Shown: piece after piece, positions 1-10,626 of the stretch
Position numbering within the stretch: the first letter of the stretch is position 1
Layout of the letters: each line of letters begins with the position of its first letter
Assembly (NCBI GenBank): GCA_963744145.1
Contig: CAVUSO010000001.1
Coordinates: 2,272,001 to 2,336,000, forward strand
Length of the DNA: 64,000 nucleotides
Origin: an uncultured cyanobacterium
Lineage (GTDB): Bacteria; Cyanobacteriota; Cyanobacteriia; Cyanobacteriales; CAWUOF01
Reading direction: 5' to 3'
Made by a program: the position numbers and the translations under genes
Notes under the pieces: model-generated
What the model was told of the DNA's origin: nothing
Databases searched by the model: none
What the model saw: the letters and a program-made list of their open reading frames with translations, nothing else

Positions 1-1157
1 TGACTATTATTTCTAGAGCTATTGTTGTTATTAATAGTGCTATTAGTTATAGTCATAGATGCACTATTGCGGTTGGCTATCCCACTACCATAATAACCAG
101 AATTATCAGTGATGCTGCTATTAGTTATTGTTAATTTACTTGATTTATTGTAAATCCCACCACCGTAATTATTAGATAAATTACCAGAAATTGTGCTATT
201 AGTAATAGTAGCATTACTATTATTGTCGATCGCAATTCCACCACCGTTAAAAGTACCTGATGCTGTACCATTACTCACCGTACTCTGATTCAAAGTTAAG
301 GTACTACCACCAGTAACCCAGATATTTGCACCAGTCCCAGCAATCTTACCCTCAGTAATGGTCAGATCACTCAGGTTGACTGTTACTCCTGACCCAGATA
401 TATTTAAGACACGATCAGTTTTGTTACCACTAATTTTTAACTCACTTGAACCTGTTCCTGCGATCGTGAGGTTCTGGTTGATTGTCAAATTTGATGCTAA
501 TGTGATCGTTTGAGGTGTGGCAAATATCCCACTGGTATCAAAAACAATTGTATCTCCTGGTGCTGCTGCGGCAATTTGGTCTCTTAAGGAACCCGTACCA
601 CTATCATTTGTATTAGTAACTATTAATGTATCCAGTCGATGTTTATATCCTGCTACTGATGGATTGAAGATTCCTAATGGTTGAATTGGTCCGGTGCTAT
701 ATTCTAAATTCCAGTTACCACCTACCACTTGACCACCAGTTACATCTGTGGAAGCAGCAACATTGGTTTTGGTTAAATTCGCTAATGCTTGTACTAAAGA
801 TTGACCTGGTTTTGTGGCAGCGATATTACAACCATAGAGTAAAATATCTGCATCTGGTGCTAAATCTTTCTGCCATGCTTGCAATTGTCCAGTATAATTA
901 CTCAGACTGCTCAAATTTAATTTTGATGAACTAAAATCTAATTCTCCAGCCCGACCGTGAGAGATAATATTTACGCTCTGGATATTGTGATATTGTGCTA
1001 GTGTTTTGGTGATTTGAGCGATCGCATCTGCTTGGGGTTTGAGGATGACAACTGCTGTACTGGGCAATATATCATTTACCAATGTTTCATAGTCTGGTAC
1101 ACTAGGGTCGATGAAAGCGATACTGGTAGGATCTAGATCGGTTTTAAAATTGTTCAT
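1..1157 (-). CDS. DUF4347-domain large secreted/surface protein, N-terminal part (runs off the window edge)
   Basis: Manual translation from ATG at 1157 gives MNNFKTDLDPTSIAFIDPSVPDYETLV...IISHGRAG...ILLYGCNIAA...VAASTDVTGG...WNLEYSTG (DUF4347 pattern), followed by VTNTNDSGTGSLR and Asn/Gly/Thr-rich beta-helix-like repeats. Not in the ORF track because there is no stop in the window. Confidence 0.85.
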   Translation of the reverse strand, partial: MNNFKTDLDPTSIAFIDPSVPDYETLVNDILPSTAVVILKPQADAIAQITKTLAQYHNIQSVNIISHGRAGELDFSSSKLNLSSLSNYTGQLQAWQKDLAPDADILLYGCNIAATKPGQSLVQALANLTKTNVAASTDVTGGQVVGGNWNLEYSTGPIQPLGIFNPSVAGYKHRLDTLIVTNTNDSGTGSLRDQIAAAAPGDTIVFDTSGIFATPQTITLASNLTINQNLTIAGTGSSELKISGNKTDRVLNISGSGVTVNLSDLTITEGKIAGTGANIWVTGGSTLTLNQSTVSNGTASGTFNGGGIAIDNNSNATITNSTISGNLSNNYGGGIYNKSSKLTITNSSITDNSGYYGSGIANRNSASMTITNSTINNNNSSRNNS

Positions 1158-1264
1158 GGTTAATAAAGCTATGCTTAATAAATTATTCGGGTTTTATTTC
1201 TCTAGAAAAATCTCTAGAATATAATTGCAATTTTACAATTATTTTCTATAATACAATTAATTTT

Positions 1265-1356
1265 GGCGTTGCTGATTTACGGTATGAATAAAGAATTTGT
1301 AGGGGCGTATGGCCATACGCCCCTACAGGATTTTTATACCCTGATTAAGCAACGCC
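1265..1356. repeat. Nested palindromic REP-like element
   Basis: Outer arms GGCGTTGCT/AGCAACGCC enclose the perfect hairpin GTAGGGGCGTATGGCCATACGCCCCTAC (1299-1326). Confidence 0.8.
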
Positions 1357-1410
1357 TTAACTTTCAGTGAAACTTATTTTTCAATTCTGGAAATATCTCC
1401 CCAAAAAGGA

Positions 1411-3741
1411 TCAAAAATGCTTCTGGGTCTCTTCCCTTAGATATTCTTTTAAGGCAACAATAACACGATTAAATACTCCTTTCCAGTCTCCTGGTTCTGA
1501 TTGACGAAATAATCTCATGGTCGGATACCAAGGAGTATCAACTCGCTCTAACATCCATCTCCAATCTGGATAAGTGGACAACAAAACCCAAACTGGTTTA
1601 CCTAATGCTCCAGCTAAGTGAGCAACAGATGTATCGACACTAATTACTAAATCTAATTGAGCGATCGCATGGGCTGTATCGCTATAATTATTCAAGTAAG
1701 GACTTAAATCGGAGACATTAAATTCCTGTAATTTAGCTAAGTCTCCTGATGAAATTGGTTTTTGCAAACTATAAAAACTGATCTGCTGAGTTTTAACAAT
1801 TGGCTCAAAATCTGCAAATTGACAGGAACGATGATGATTATCGCGATGAGTAGAACTACCTGCCCAAACAATACCAACTTTAAACTTTTTCACGGATTTA
1901 ATGAACGAGAAGATCGAAAAATTTTCTGGTACTTTTAAATAGGGTATTTGAGCAGGAATTGTAGCTAAAGTTGTCTGAAAAATATAGGGTAAGCTCATTA
2001 AGGGAATATAAACATCAAAATCAGAAATAAGAATATCACCAGGAGGAATAATTCGCTCAATCTCAGGAATAGTAGTAAAGAGAGATATTAAATCGGGTAT
2101 GCAAACTAAAATAATCCGGCAATCGGACTGTGCAACTAAAGGAATATAGCGAATAAATTGAATTGCATCTCCTGCACCTTGTTCAGTATGAATGAGAATA
2201 GTTTTTCCGCTAAGATCATGACCATCCCATAAAGGTTGAGGACAAATAAAAGGTTTAAAATTATTAGTTTTCCAGCGCCACTCACTTTCAGCAAAACCAT
2301 TCAGTAAGTCTCCCATTTGTAAGAATGCTAGACCTAAATTAAAGTGAGCATCGGGGAAATCAGCTTGAATACTAATTGCTCTTTGATAATAACCGATCGC
2401 TAAGGATAAAAGATGTTGACGCTGATAAGCTATTCCTAAATTATGATAAGCTTGAGCATAGTTTGGATCGGTATCAATTACTTGTTGGAGTTGAGCGATC
2501 GCCTCTGTCCAGTCTTCTTGTTCAATATAAACAACACCTAAGTTATACCGAGCGATTAAATAGTCTGGGTTTAAATTTAAACATTGTTGATATTGCAGTG
2601 CTGCTTGTGGTAAGTTGCGTTGATGATAAAAATCATTGCCTAAATTTAGAAAATATTCAGCATCATCAGCTTCAGAAATTCTTTCAGTTAATACTAATTC
2701 TTGTAATACTTCATCAGGTAATACATAAGAACTTCCTAATAATTTTTCATCCCAGTCAATCACTTCGGGAAAATAATAACCAGGGAGAATGCTAATGGCA
2801 AAAATTTCCTGAACAGCATCTTCAAATTTCAAGAAAGCGATAATTTCCCCAGTATGAATATGTACAACCCAGATACCACAATTGGGTTCGGTTAATCTTT
2901 CTGTAATTGGAAGACCACTAAAAATCGCCGTTTCGCGAACTTGGGAAAGACCAATAAAAGCTAAGTTTCCATAAAAATCTATTCCACGAGTAAAACCAGG
3001 AAGTTGAGTAACTGTGATTAACTTACCAGAATTGAGATCGACTTTGGCTAGACTACCATTACCTGATTCTAAAATCCAAACTTGCTCTTGATACCAACGA
3101 GGTGAATGGGGCATTGATAAACCCTGACAGATAATTTCATGACTAGGAATATCGATTAAAATACCACCATTAACTTTATTTTTTCTCCATCCAACTGCTG
3201 TATCGGTTTCTCCTAAAGCTGTAACATATTGTGCTTGATCATCTCGAACCGCAAAACCATTGAGATGACAGCGATCGCTTAAATCATAAGCACTGATAAA
3301 TTTCGGTTTCCATTGAGGTCTAAAATTATGGATCTGATCAAGAGTACATAAACAAGAAAACTTAGTATTAACAAACCATAATTCATCTTGAATATAAGCC
3401 ATTTCATGAATATCAATATCGCCCGTAATATGAGTACGACGGGGTAGATAACAAGCATCATGTTTACCCAGAGGTTCAAGCTTTTCTGCTACTGCTGGAA
3501 TATTGCGAAGTTCCCAAATTTGATAAGTCGTACCGATCGCTAACTTTTCCCGATTTGCGGCTATTCCCATCGGGCGATCGAACATCCGAAAATGAGTATT
3601 AATTTTATCTCCATCTGCCCGAATCACAATTAGTTTTCCCGCTTGATAAGTAGAAACAACTAAAGAGATCCCTAACTGGGAGAGGAGATTCGGAAGGTTC
3701 GTAGTGTGAACACTTTGTAAAGATAAATTTGGGTCATTCAT
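1411..3741 (-). CDS. TIGR03032 (DUF4915)-family domain fused to TPR repeats and a GT9-like glycosyltransferase domain
   Basis: N-terminal STYQAGKL...TGDIDIHEM...DRCHLNG...MPHSPRW...PGFTRG; central TPRs; C-terminal EQGAGDAIQF...DLVISVDTSVAHLAGALG...DWRW...PWYPTMRLFRQ. Confidence 0.85.
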   Translation of the reverse strand: MNDPNLSLQSVHTTNLPNLLSQLGISLVVSTYQAGKLIVIRADGDKINTHFRMFDRPMGIAANREKLAIGTTYQIWELRNIPAVAEKLEPLGKHDACYLPRRTHITGDIDIHEMAYIQDELWFVNTKFSCLCTLDQIHNFRPQWKPKFISAYDLSDRCHLNGFAVRDDQAQYVTALGETDTAVGWRKNKVNGGILIDIPSHEIICQGLSMPHSPRWYQEQVWILESGNGSLAKVDLNSGKLITVTQLPGFTRGIDFYGNLAFIGLSQVRETAIFSGLPITERLTEPNCGIWVVHIHTGEIIAFLKFEDAVQEIFAISILPGYYFPEVIDWDEKLLGSSYVLPDEVLQELVLTERISEADDAEYFLNLGNDFYHQRNLPQAALQYQQCLNLNPDYLIARYNLGVVYIEQEDWTEAIAQLQQVIDTDPNYAQAYHNLGIAYQRQHLLSLAIGYYQRAISIQADFPDAHFNLGLAFLQMGDLLNGFAESEWRWKTNNFKPFICPQPLWDGHDLSGKTILIHTEQGAGDAIQFIRYIPLVAQSDCRIILVCIPDLISLFTTIPEIERIIPPGDILISDFDVYIPLMSLPYIFQTTLATIPAQIPYLKVPENFSIFSFIKSVKKFKVGIVWAGSSTHRDNHHRSCQFADFEPIVKTQQISFYSLQKPISSGDLAKLQEFNVSDLSPYLNNYSDTAHAIAQLDLVISVDTSVAHLAGALGKPVWVLLSTYPDWRWMLERVDTPWYPTMRLFRQSEPGDWKGVFNRVIVALKEYLREETQKHF

Positions 3742-3904
3742 GCGAGCAAAAAGACTCTGTCAGTAGGGAAAATACTATCCTATTTTAGTTAAAAACCAGA
3801 TCCTCTACCCAGAAAATAAATCTTTCTAATTATGGCGATCGGCAACCAGAAGCGATACGGCGGATGACCTATTGATGAAGTACAGTCAGTTATCTCGTTT
3901 GGTT

Positions 3905-4156
3905 GGGCGGGTTTATGATGGGGATCGATTTGGATCAGAATTATTGGTGAACCCGCCCCTACAAATCCTGGTTAATTCTGAAACCGAGCAGATTTGATTA
4001 ATCTGACGGGCAGAAAATCTGTTTAAACATCGGAAATTCGATCACCTGTAGGGGCGGGTTCACCGATGAATCTGTCACACACAAATAACCCTTGTGCCGA
4101 GCGCTTGCCCTGAGTGTAGTCGAAGGGTAGTCGAGGTATTAATGAACCCGCCCCAC
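3905..4156. repeat. Cluster of GTAG-type REP-like inverted repeats
   Basis: GGGCGGGTT...AACCCGCCCCTAC (3905-3962) and GTAGGGGCGGGTTCA...TGAACCCGCCCCCAC (4048-4156), the second with nested CTGAGTGTAGTCGAAG-type repeats. Confidence 0.7.
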
Positions 4157-4258
4157 CCCACAGATCACCTGAATGAACTCCTCAAATACATCCCATCGCA
4201 TTAATCTCAACCAGAAGAATAGGGAGTTGCATAAGTGCAACTCCCCATAATTTTTGAG

Positions 4259-5707
4259 TTAATTGTGTGATCCTAAAAGTTGAAATTGTTGTTCATTTAA
4301 ACGACCTGATTCATATAAAGTTTGGGCAATTTCCGACATAGTTAAAACGGAATGACTACAATAACCATTTTGTTCAAGTTTACCTTTCACTCCTTTTTCG
4401 TGATCAATAAATACCACAATATCGCGCACATTTAAACCCACAGATTTAATTTTTTCAGCTCCTTCCATCACACTGTTACCGCTGATCATAATATCATCAA
4501 CAACTACCACTGTTTCTCCAGCATGAAAATGACCTTCGATCGCGCGACGAGTCCCGTGAGCTTTAATTTCTTTGCGGGGAAAAATCATCGGACGATCTAA
4601 ACGTAGAGCTAAACCAGTTGCGGTTGGTAAAGCTCCATAGGGAATACCCGCAATGCGATCGAATTCTAAATTTTTGAGAATTTCTGCATAAGCACTGACT
4701 ACTTGATGGAAAATTTGGGGATGGGAGATAATTTTGCGGAGATCTATATAATAAGGAAAGATCGCTCCCGATGCTTGCACGTAACTACCAAACATAATAC
4801 AGCCGAGATCATAAAGCTGTAAAATTAAGTCTAAATGTGGGGAGCCATTTAATAAGCATAGATCTGGTAACCACAGATCACAACTAGATCCCTCAACTGC
4901 TAAACGAGTTCTTTCTTGATTAATTTCATCCCGGAGCAACTCGATCTCTTTTCCCGAGCGATCGCTAGTTAATAAATATTGGGGTATAGGAATAATCAAA
5001 CCATCACCTTGGGAATTTAACCCAGCTTCTAAGGTTTTGGATAAATCTCCACCTTTGTTCCAAATTCCACGGACTAAAATTAGTCGTTCTGGAGCGATCG
5101 CGCGAATCCGAGCTAGAATTTCCGGTTTAGTCGTTCCTACTTCTAATCCTAACTCTTCAGGTGGTGCCAAAGTTTTCGCTTCTTTTACCACTTGTAAATA
5201 AACAGGTGCTGTGGTGGTGGGATATTCTTGGAAAACCGCACCAGAAGGATTAGCGGTACAACAGACAATAAAAACCGCTTTATTAGGATAGACCAAAAAC
5301 GGTGCTACTAATTCCTGTCCTGCATAAATATTCAGAGTAACAGCATCTACCCCCCAATCAGCAAAAATTGTTTCTGCAAAAACACTACTACTGGCAAGAT
5401 CGCTATGCTTTGCATCTAAAATGATCGGAATGTGATCAGGGATGAGGGATAAAGTTTTTTGCAGTAATTCTAATCCGGGCGCACCTAATGCCTGGTAAAA
5501 TCCTAAAGTTGGCTTATAGGCACATACCAAATTAACAGTTTGAGCGATTTGGAATTTCCACCAGTCCCAGAGATCGTTAATCAGTTTACTTTTGTCCCCT
5601 TCTTCATAGTTATAGTTGGGAAGGGTTTCGGGATCGGGATCGAGTCCTAAGCACAAAAGACTGCGATTACGGTCAATTGCGGCATTTAGTTTATCAAAAA
5701 AGTTCAT
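4259..5707 (-). CDS. pyrF-pyrE: Bifunctional orotidine-5'-phosphate decarboxylase / orotate phosphoribosyltransferase
   Basis: LCLGLDP, AYKPTLGFY and ILDAKHSD (OMPDC); YIDLR, RKEIKAHG and VVVDDIMISGNS (PRTase PRPP-binding motif). Confidence 0.9.
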   Translation of the reverse strand: MNFFDKLNAAIDRNRSLLCLGLDPDPETLPNYNYEEGDKSKLINDLWDWWKFQIAQTVNLVCAYKPTLGFYQALGAPGLELLQKTLSLIPDHIPIILDAKHSDLASSSVFAETIFADWGVDAVTLNIYAGQELVAPFLVYPNKAVFIVCCTANPSGAVFQEYPTTTAPVYLQVVKEAKTLAPPEELGLEVGTTKPEILARIRAIAPERLILVRGIWNKGGDLSKTLEAGLNSQGDGLIIPIPQYLLTSDRSGKEIELLRDEINQERTRLAVEGSSCDLWLPDLCLLNGSPHLDLILQLYDLGCIMFGSYVQASGAIFPYYIDLRKIISHPQIFHQVVSAYAEILKNLEFDRIAGIPYGALPTATGLALRLDRPMIFPRKEIKAHGTRRAIEGHFHAGETVVVVDDIMISGNSVMEGAEKIKSVGLNVRDIVVFIDHEKGVKGKLEQNGYCSHSVLTMSEIAQTLYESGRLNEQQFQLLGSHN

Positions 5708-6416
5708 TTTTTATTTACAGGATTGTCTGTAATAACTATTTTATGACTGAAGGCACCCACAAATATCACCAATCTGACTGGATGTCCTGCTCTAGCTCCC
5801 CCGACCAGATCATGACCCCAACTTGGTAAAAGTAGCTGTCCATCCGACATCAAGCTAATCCCGACGTTGGTACTGTCTACTTTTTCTGCGATCGTCACAT
5901 ATTTATTTGCGATCGCACCAAAGGGTATGGTTTTGAGTTCTTCAGCACCAGATTGAGAACGTGATCCTTCAATCTGATTGGTACGTGGATATTTATAAAT
6001 TTCCGCGATCATTGATCCAAGTGATCGGGGAGCTGCTCTAGTTGGTATATAATTTAACATCCTCACATCTCCGGGATAAAATCAGGATGCTGAACGTCTG
6101 ATTTTGGTTTCCCCGATCGCTCAAACCCTGAACCACTCAGCTCATTGGTGCGATCGCGATTGACCAGCAGAAAACTAGACAACTGACAGATCATGCTATC
6201 TATCTTTACAATTTGATTCTGGTTAAACTAAACTTCTTTAGTATCAACAGACGATCAGTAGGTGAATAACATTTACCTGATTTTTCAGGTGAGGCGTTGG
6301 CTAAACTTGCTGCTATAGTAGACAAGATTAGGATTGACTCCATCTTTGCCAAAATTACCCTACTGTTGAGTAAACCCAAAAATGTCTCTAGTTTTAATTG
6401 TCATAAGTAATCGCGT

Positions 6417-7160
6417 ATGATCAGGAAAAATAGTCAGATCCATAGGTCAATGTCAACAAAATCAATTACATTGAGATTCTCCGCAGAATTAATAAGTGCG
6501 ATCGATGCACAAGTCCGGTCTACCGGTAGTAACCGCAATGAAGTAGTAGTTAACGCTCTCCAACAAGCTTTCCAACAAGCTGAGGAAATAGATCTCCTTA
6601 CCGATGACGATGATGATCTGAGCAATCGTTTAGACCTACTTGCTCAACAAGTAGCGGATCTAGAAGAAAGACTAGATGAGGATGTTCTGGAAAGTCTGAT
6701 CAAAAGAATTACTATTCTCGAAAAAATCGTGGATTCTCAAAAAGATCCGATCGACCCAGTACCAGCAATTGCAGCAAGTCAGTCAAAATCCCAGAAAAAA
6801 AATCCACCAGCTGCTGAACGTAGTCGTCAGGGGAAAACCTTAACTACTACTTCAACCAAATCAACCCAAACCAAAACTAAACCGGAATCAAAGTCATCAG
6901 CTAAAACAGCTAAAACTGTTTCAAATTCGACTCCAACTCCGGCAAAAATTGATGAATGGTTGAGCGTTAAAGAAGCATTTACCTGGTTGGGTGGTAATCC
7001 CAATCAAAGTAATTCCACCGTCAGCAGTCGAGATGGTTCTCGCTCGATCACATTTAATCGTTTCCGAGTATTAAATGCTTCTGATTATAAGTTGTTTGGG
7101 TTAGAATTCAAACAAGATCGTCGTCAACGCAAACTACCCTGTTTAAGACCAATGGGGTAG
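6417..7160 (+). CDS. Ribbon-helix-helix (CopG-like) domain protein with coiled coil and low-complexity linker
   Basis: KSITLRFSAELISAIDAQVRSTGSNRNEVVVNAL is RHH-like. The start may be the second Met at 6450. Confidence 0.6.
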   Translation: MIRKNSQIHRSMSTKSITLRFSAELISAIDAQVRSTGSNRNEVVVNALQQAFQQAEEIDLLTDDDDDLSNRLDLLAQQVADLEERLDEDVLESLIKRITILEKIVDSQKDPIDPVPAIAASQSKSQKKNPPAAERSRQGKTLTTTSTKSTQTKTKPESKSSAKTAKTVSNSTPTPAKIDEWLSVKEAFTWLGGNPNQSNSTVSSRDGSRSITFNRFRVLNASDYKLFGLEFKQDRRQRKLPCLRPMG

Positions 7161-8555
7161 TTTAAGCACACTCTTTTTCGGGTCAGGAATCCAAGTAGCG
7201 TGAAAACCGTATGGTACTCTTTGGGGAATCAGCACTCGCGCTACAGGTTCATTGGTAATATTTTTAGCACTGACTACTACCAATTCAGAAGTTTTCTGAT
7301 TTTGATCATAAACAAAAGTCATCAACCAACCATCATCTTCGCTTTGGGCTCCTAAAGCGGAAACAAATACAGATTCACCACCATAACGTCCCTCACCAAA
7401 TAGATGAGTTTGAGATTGATTGGTATGGAAATCATGCTTAATTATCCCCTTAAATAAAGGTACATCACTAGACTCCTCCTGTGCAGTATAGCCGTAGCGA
7501 TTACTTCTACCTAAAAATTTCTCGTTAATGCGGGGAAATTCCGAGGGAAGATCATCTAATTGTTCCTCCTTTACATGACCCGTATTGAGGTTAAACCTCC
7601 AACGATATAAGTAAGGTATATCGTAATCTCCTACCCTTGATATTGATGTATCTAACACATTAGTACCCTTCATCCGACAAGCGATTAAAATGATTTCATC
7701 ACCTAGTTCATACGCGTTTAAAGTATGAAAAATATAGCAAGCTGGTGTTTCAAACCAACGAATACTGCTGTTATTTTCATACCTGGGTAAAATCCCAAAT
7801 CGACTAGCGCGATCGCTGACAAATATTAATCCTGGTTCACCTTTTTGCATCCGTTCACCGCTAAAAATTAACGGTAAATCCATAAAAATAGTATAATGTT
7901 CAGTGATCGCAAAATCGTGCATCATCACTCCCATCGGTAAGTCAATGGGTACGGTTTGTAATAGCTTTCCCGTCGGGGAAACTATGCCATAATATAGATA
8001 AGGAGGTTGAAAAACAGAGTAACCAAAAAAGATCATTTCCCCAGTTTCAGGATCAACTTTGGGATGAGCTGTAAATGGTGATGTTAATTGACCTTGATAA
8101 TTGTAAAGACCAACGGTTTCTAGTTCTGGTACTTTGATCTCATAAGGTGCACCTCCTTCCCAAAGAGCTAACAGCCGATCAGCATGATATACTAAGGCGG
8201 TATTAGCGGTATTTTTTACTGGACCATAAGGATGATCATTGACAAACGGTTCTAATATTCCTGTCCAAATCCCTCGATGAGCTTGATGCTCAATTTGAAA
8301 ACCTTGGGTTTGCACATAGCGGTTACGATAGGATGCTTTACCATTACTCAATAACACTCCATGTAACATTCCATCTCCATCAAACCAATGGTATTTCCCT
8401 TGGGGTGGAAATTGGGGATTAGGTCCGTTCCGGATGAACATTCCTGACAATTCGGTCGGTAATGTACCAATCACTTGCAGTTCAGGAGTGCTAATTTCCT
8501 CTGATACTGGAGCAAAGTTACCCGTGAGAAAGGGATTGACTGTGGTAGGGGTCAT
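7143..8555 (-). CDS. Carotenoid oxygenase family protein (RPE65/CCD)
   Basis: RNGPNP, HWFDGDGM, TAHPKVDP, MMHDF, FHTLNA, EFPRIN, EDDGWL, VPYGFH; all four Fe-binding His present. Confidence 0.93.
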   Translation of the reverse strand: MTPTTVNPFLTGNFAPVSEEISTPELQVIGTLPTELSGMFIRNGPNPQFPPQGKYHWFDGDGMLHGVLLSNGKASYRNRYVQTQGFQIEHQAHRGIWTGILEPFVNDHPYGPVKNTANTALVYHADRLLALWEGGAPYEIKVPELETVGLYNYQGQLTSPFTAHPKVDPETGEMIFFGYSVFQPPYLYYGIVSPTGKLLQTVPIDLPMGVMMHDFAITEHYTIFMDLPLIFSGERMQKGEPGLIFVSDRASRFGILPRYENNSSIRWFETPACYIFHTLNAYELGDEIILIACRMKGTNVLDTSISRVGDYDIPYLYRWRFNLNTGHVKEEQLDDLPSEFPRINEKFLGRSNRYGYTAQEESSDVPLFKGIIKHDFHTNQSQTHLFGEGRYGGESVFVSALGAQSEDDGWLMTFVYDQNQKTSELVVVSAKNITNEPVARVLIPQRVPYGFHATWIPDPKKSVLKLPHWS

Positions 8556-8945
8556 TTTTTGTTAGTGGAGAGTAAATAGAGTTACTTTTGTAACAAAACT
8601 TTACTTTTTTTAGCCATATTAGTCAAGTGTCTAGTAACTATGACTGGTTTTTTTCAGGAAAATTGGGTCATGAACTAGGACGAGCAGTCGGACATTCAAA
8701 ACTAGATAAATTTACGGATATTAGCTTTTTTTGCAGGAAAGATATTAATTTTTTTTACAAAAAAGGACTAATTTTCAATAGTTACGTCAGAATTAGATAA
8801 TGATCAATTTCCTAGTTAAATAAGAAAGAACCTTTTCCCAATTAATTATTCTCCAGCAGCGATCGCGGGTACGATTTTTTAAGCAGAAGAAGGGTGAAGC
8901 ATTGACCTTTAGAAAAAAGCTTTTGGCAAAAACAGGAGAAAGAAG

Positions 8946-9341
8946 ATGAAAAGTGCAAATGAGATAGACAGTCATAGATCATTAGCTCCAATTGGTTGTA
9001 AACAACTAGCTGTATATTTGCTAGAGTCGGGTTTATTAACAGAAGCGCAAATGATGGTAGCAACCTATGACAAAAAAGCAACGGGAATGAGCTTGTCAGA
9101 AATTGTCGTAGCTAGGGGGTGGATTCAGCAAGAAATGCTTGATGATTTGTATGAAAAAGTGATCATCCCCGAGCGGATGAACCTTCAAAAAGGAGTGACT
9201 TATTATCAATTAGATCGGGGGTATCATCGAATGTCATTACCAGATTGGTTAAAGAGTAAGGGATTATTGAGGGAAACCAACAAAGAAGAACTAACAGTAG
9301 CTGGACGATCGAACGATCTAGTGGAATGGACTATAGATTAA
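8946..9341 (+). CDS. Hypothetical protein with GSPII/MshEN-like N-terminal motif
   Basis: LAVYLLESGLLTEAQ...LSEIVVARGWI pattern, common in cyanobacteria. Confidence 0.6.
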   Translation: MKSANEIDSHRSLAPIGCKQLAVYLLESGLLTEAQMMVATYDKKATGMSLSEIVVARGWIQQEMLDDLYEKVIIPERMNLQKGVTYYQLDRGYHRMSLPDWLKSKGLLRETNKEELTVAGRSNDLVEWTID

Positions 9342-9405
9342 GAGGAAATCGTCGATCGTTGCTTGTCAATTCTCAAATATTGACCAAATCCAGGTGAATT
9401 TTCTC

Positions 9406-10626
9406 CTACAAATCTGGACGTTCTAGGAGAGGAACGAGGATAGCTCCTAAACCTTGTTTTCCATGAGATCCACCCCCAAATCCAGATAACCGTCGGTGAG
9501 GTTCTTGAGGTAAGTAACCAGCTGGACATTCGTATCGATCGACCCTGAAGTTGACATTGACCGAATCCCACCGATACCATCCTACTCTTTCGCGGAAGCT
9601 ATCTTCATTAGCACTAACACTTTGCCAGATTTGCTTTTGGACACTTAAAGCATAATGTCCATATGAGTATTTTAACCACAGATTGTCAATTATCGTTAAA
9701 TCAGAACTGGGAAATTGGGCAATTTCTTCTGGTTGCAATTCTTCCCCACCATAGTCAGTTGCTTTACCAGCGGCTAAAAACATGACTCTAGCTGTTTCAG
9801 CATCAGCTTCTTGCCACTTTCTTGCTACTAATAAATCCCGTAATATTGTATAATCTATGCCAGCCGGAGACAGAAAAGGATTGTATTTTTGCAAAGCTTG
9901 CTTGGCTTTGGGATCAGCTCTTTCGGCAATTAGCTCATAAGCTACACATTGAATCGCCCAAGATTCATTTTTTAAAGCATGAATTACCAATTTTAATCCT
10001 TCTTTTCCATATTTTATTGCTTCTTGAAGAGCTGCAATCTTTAGCTCTTCAGATTCATGATCTAGACGCAATTTAATCTCTTCTAATCCTCCCCAATCTT
10101 GACGTTCAGCCAAAAGATTTTCATCAGTTACTTGAGCATCATCGGACAAATGTAGGTCATGTTTTTTAGACAGTTCAAATTTGGGCGTCAAAGCCTCATT
10201 AATTAGGGATACTTGATGTTCTTGTAACTCTTCAAACACCGGTTCTACATCCAACATGATTTGGTTATTGGCATCTTCTTCTACTACACCAGCAGACTCA
10301 GACAGTTGATCCAAAAGAGCTTGGAGAACATCAAAGACCTTGAGAAATAGTAACTCTAGCTTTTGGTCAACCCTAACTGACTGAAAAGTATCTTGAAAAA
10401 CTATGAAACAGTCTTCTAATCGATGGGCTGTTTTTTGAATGCTGTTGAAACCGAGCATGGCAGCCCCTCCTTTAATTGAGTGTGCTGCCCGGAAAAGCTC
10501 ATACAACATTTCTGGGTCTTCAATTGTGCTTTGCAGATTCAGCAAACCCTGCTCAATAGTTTCGAGGTGATCTTTAGCCTCTTGAAGGAAGTATCCTATG
10601 ATTCGCTGTTCTTGATCCGCCGTCAT
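9406..10626 (-). CDS. Hpt (CheA P1-like) + HEAT-like + GUN4-domain fusion protein
   Basis: FRAAHSIKGGAAMLG (Hpt His); YGKEGLKLVIHAL (HEAT-like); DYTILRDLLVARKWQEADAET...FPSSDLTIIDNLWLKYSYGHYALSVQKQIW (GUN4). ATG at 10626 preferred over the GTG at 10689. Confidence 0.8.
   Translation of the reverse strand: MTADQEQRIIGYFLQEAKDHLETIEQGLLNLQSTIEDPEMLYELFRAAHSIKGGAAMLGFNSIQKTAHRLEDCFIVFQDTFQSVRVDQKLELLFLKVFDVLQALLDQLSESAGVVEEDANNQIMLDVEPVFEELQEHQVSLINEALTPKFELSKKHDLHLSDDAQVTDENLLAERQDWGGLEEIKLRLDHESEELKIAALQEAIKYGKEGLKLVIHALKNESWAIQCVAYELIAERADPKAKQALQKYNPFLSPAGIDYTILRDLLVARKWQEADAETARVMFLAAGKATDYGGEELQPEEIAQFPSSDLTIIDNLWLKYSYGHYALSVQKQIWQSVSANEDSFRERVGWYRWDSVNVNFRVDRYECPAGYLPQEPHRRLSGFGGGSHGKQGLGAILVPLLERPDL

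Noticed and set aside
677..934. 85-aa plus-strand ORF
   Set aside because: Antisense to the DUF4347 gene; shadow ORF.
5704..6066. 120-aa ORF upstream of pyrF-pyrE
   Set aside because: GTG start, no recognisable motifs; cannot be supported.
8590..8604. NtcA site upstream of the carotenoid oxygenase
   Set aside because: Spacing is GTA-N9-TAC, not N8. The adjacent GTTAC-N4-GTAAC dyad cannot be assigned.
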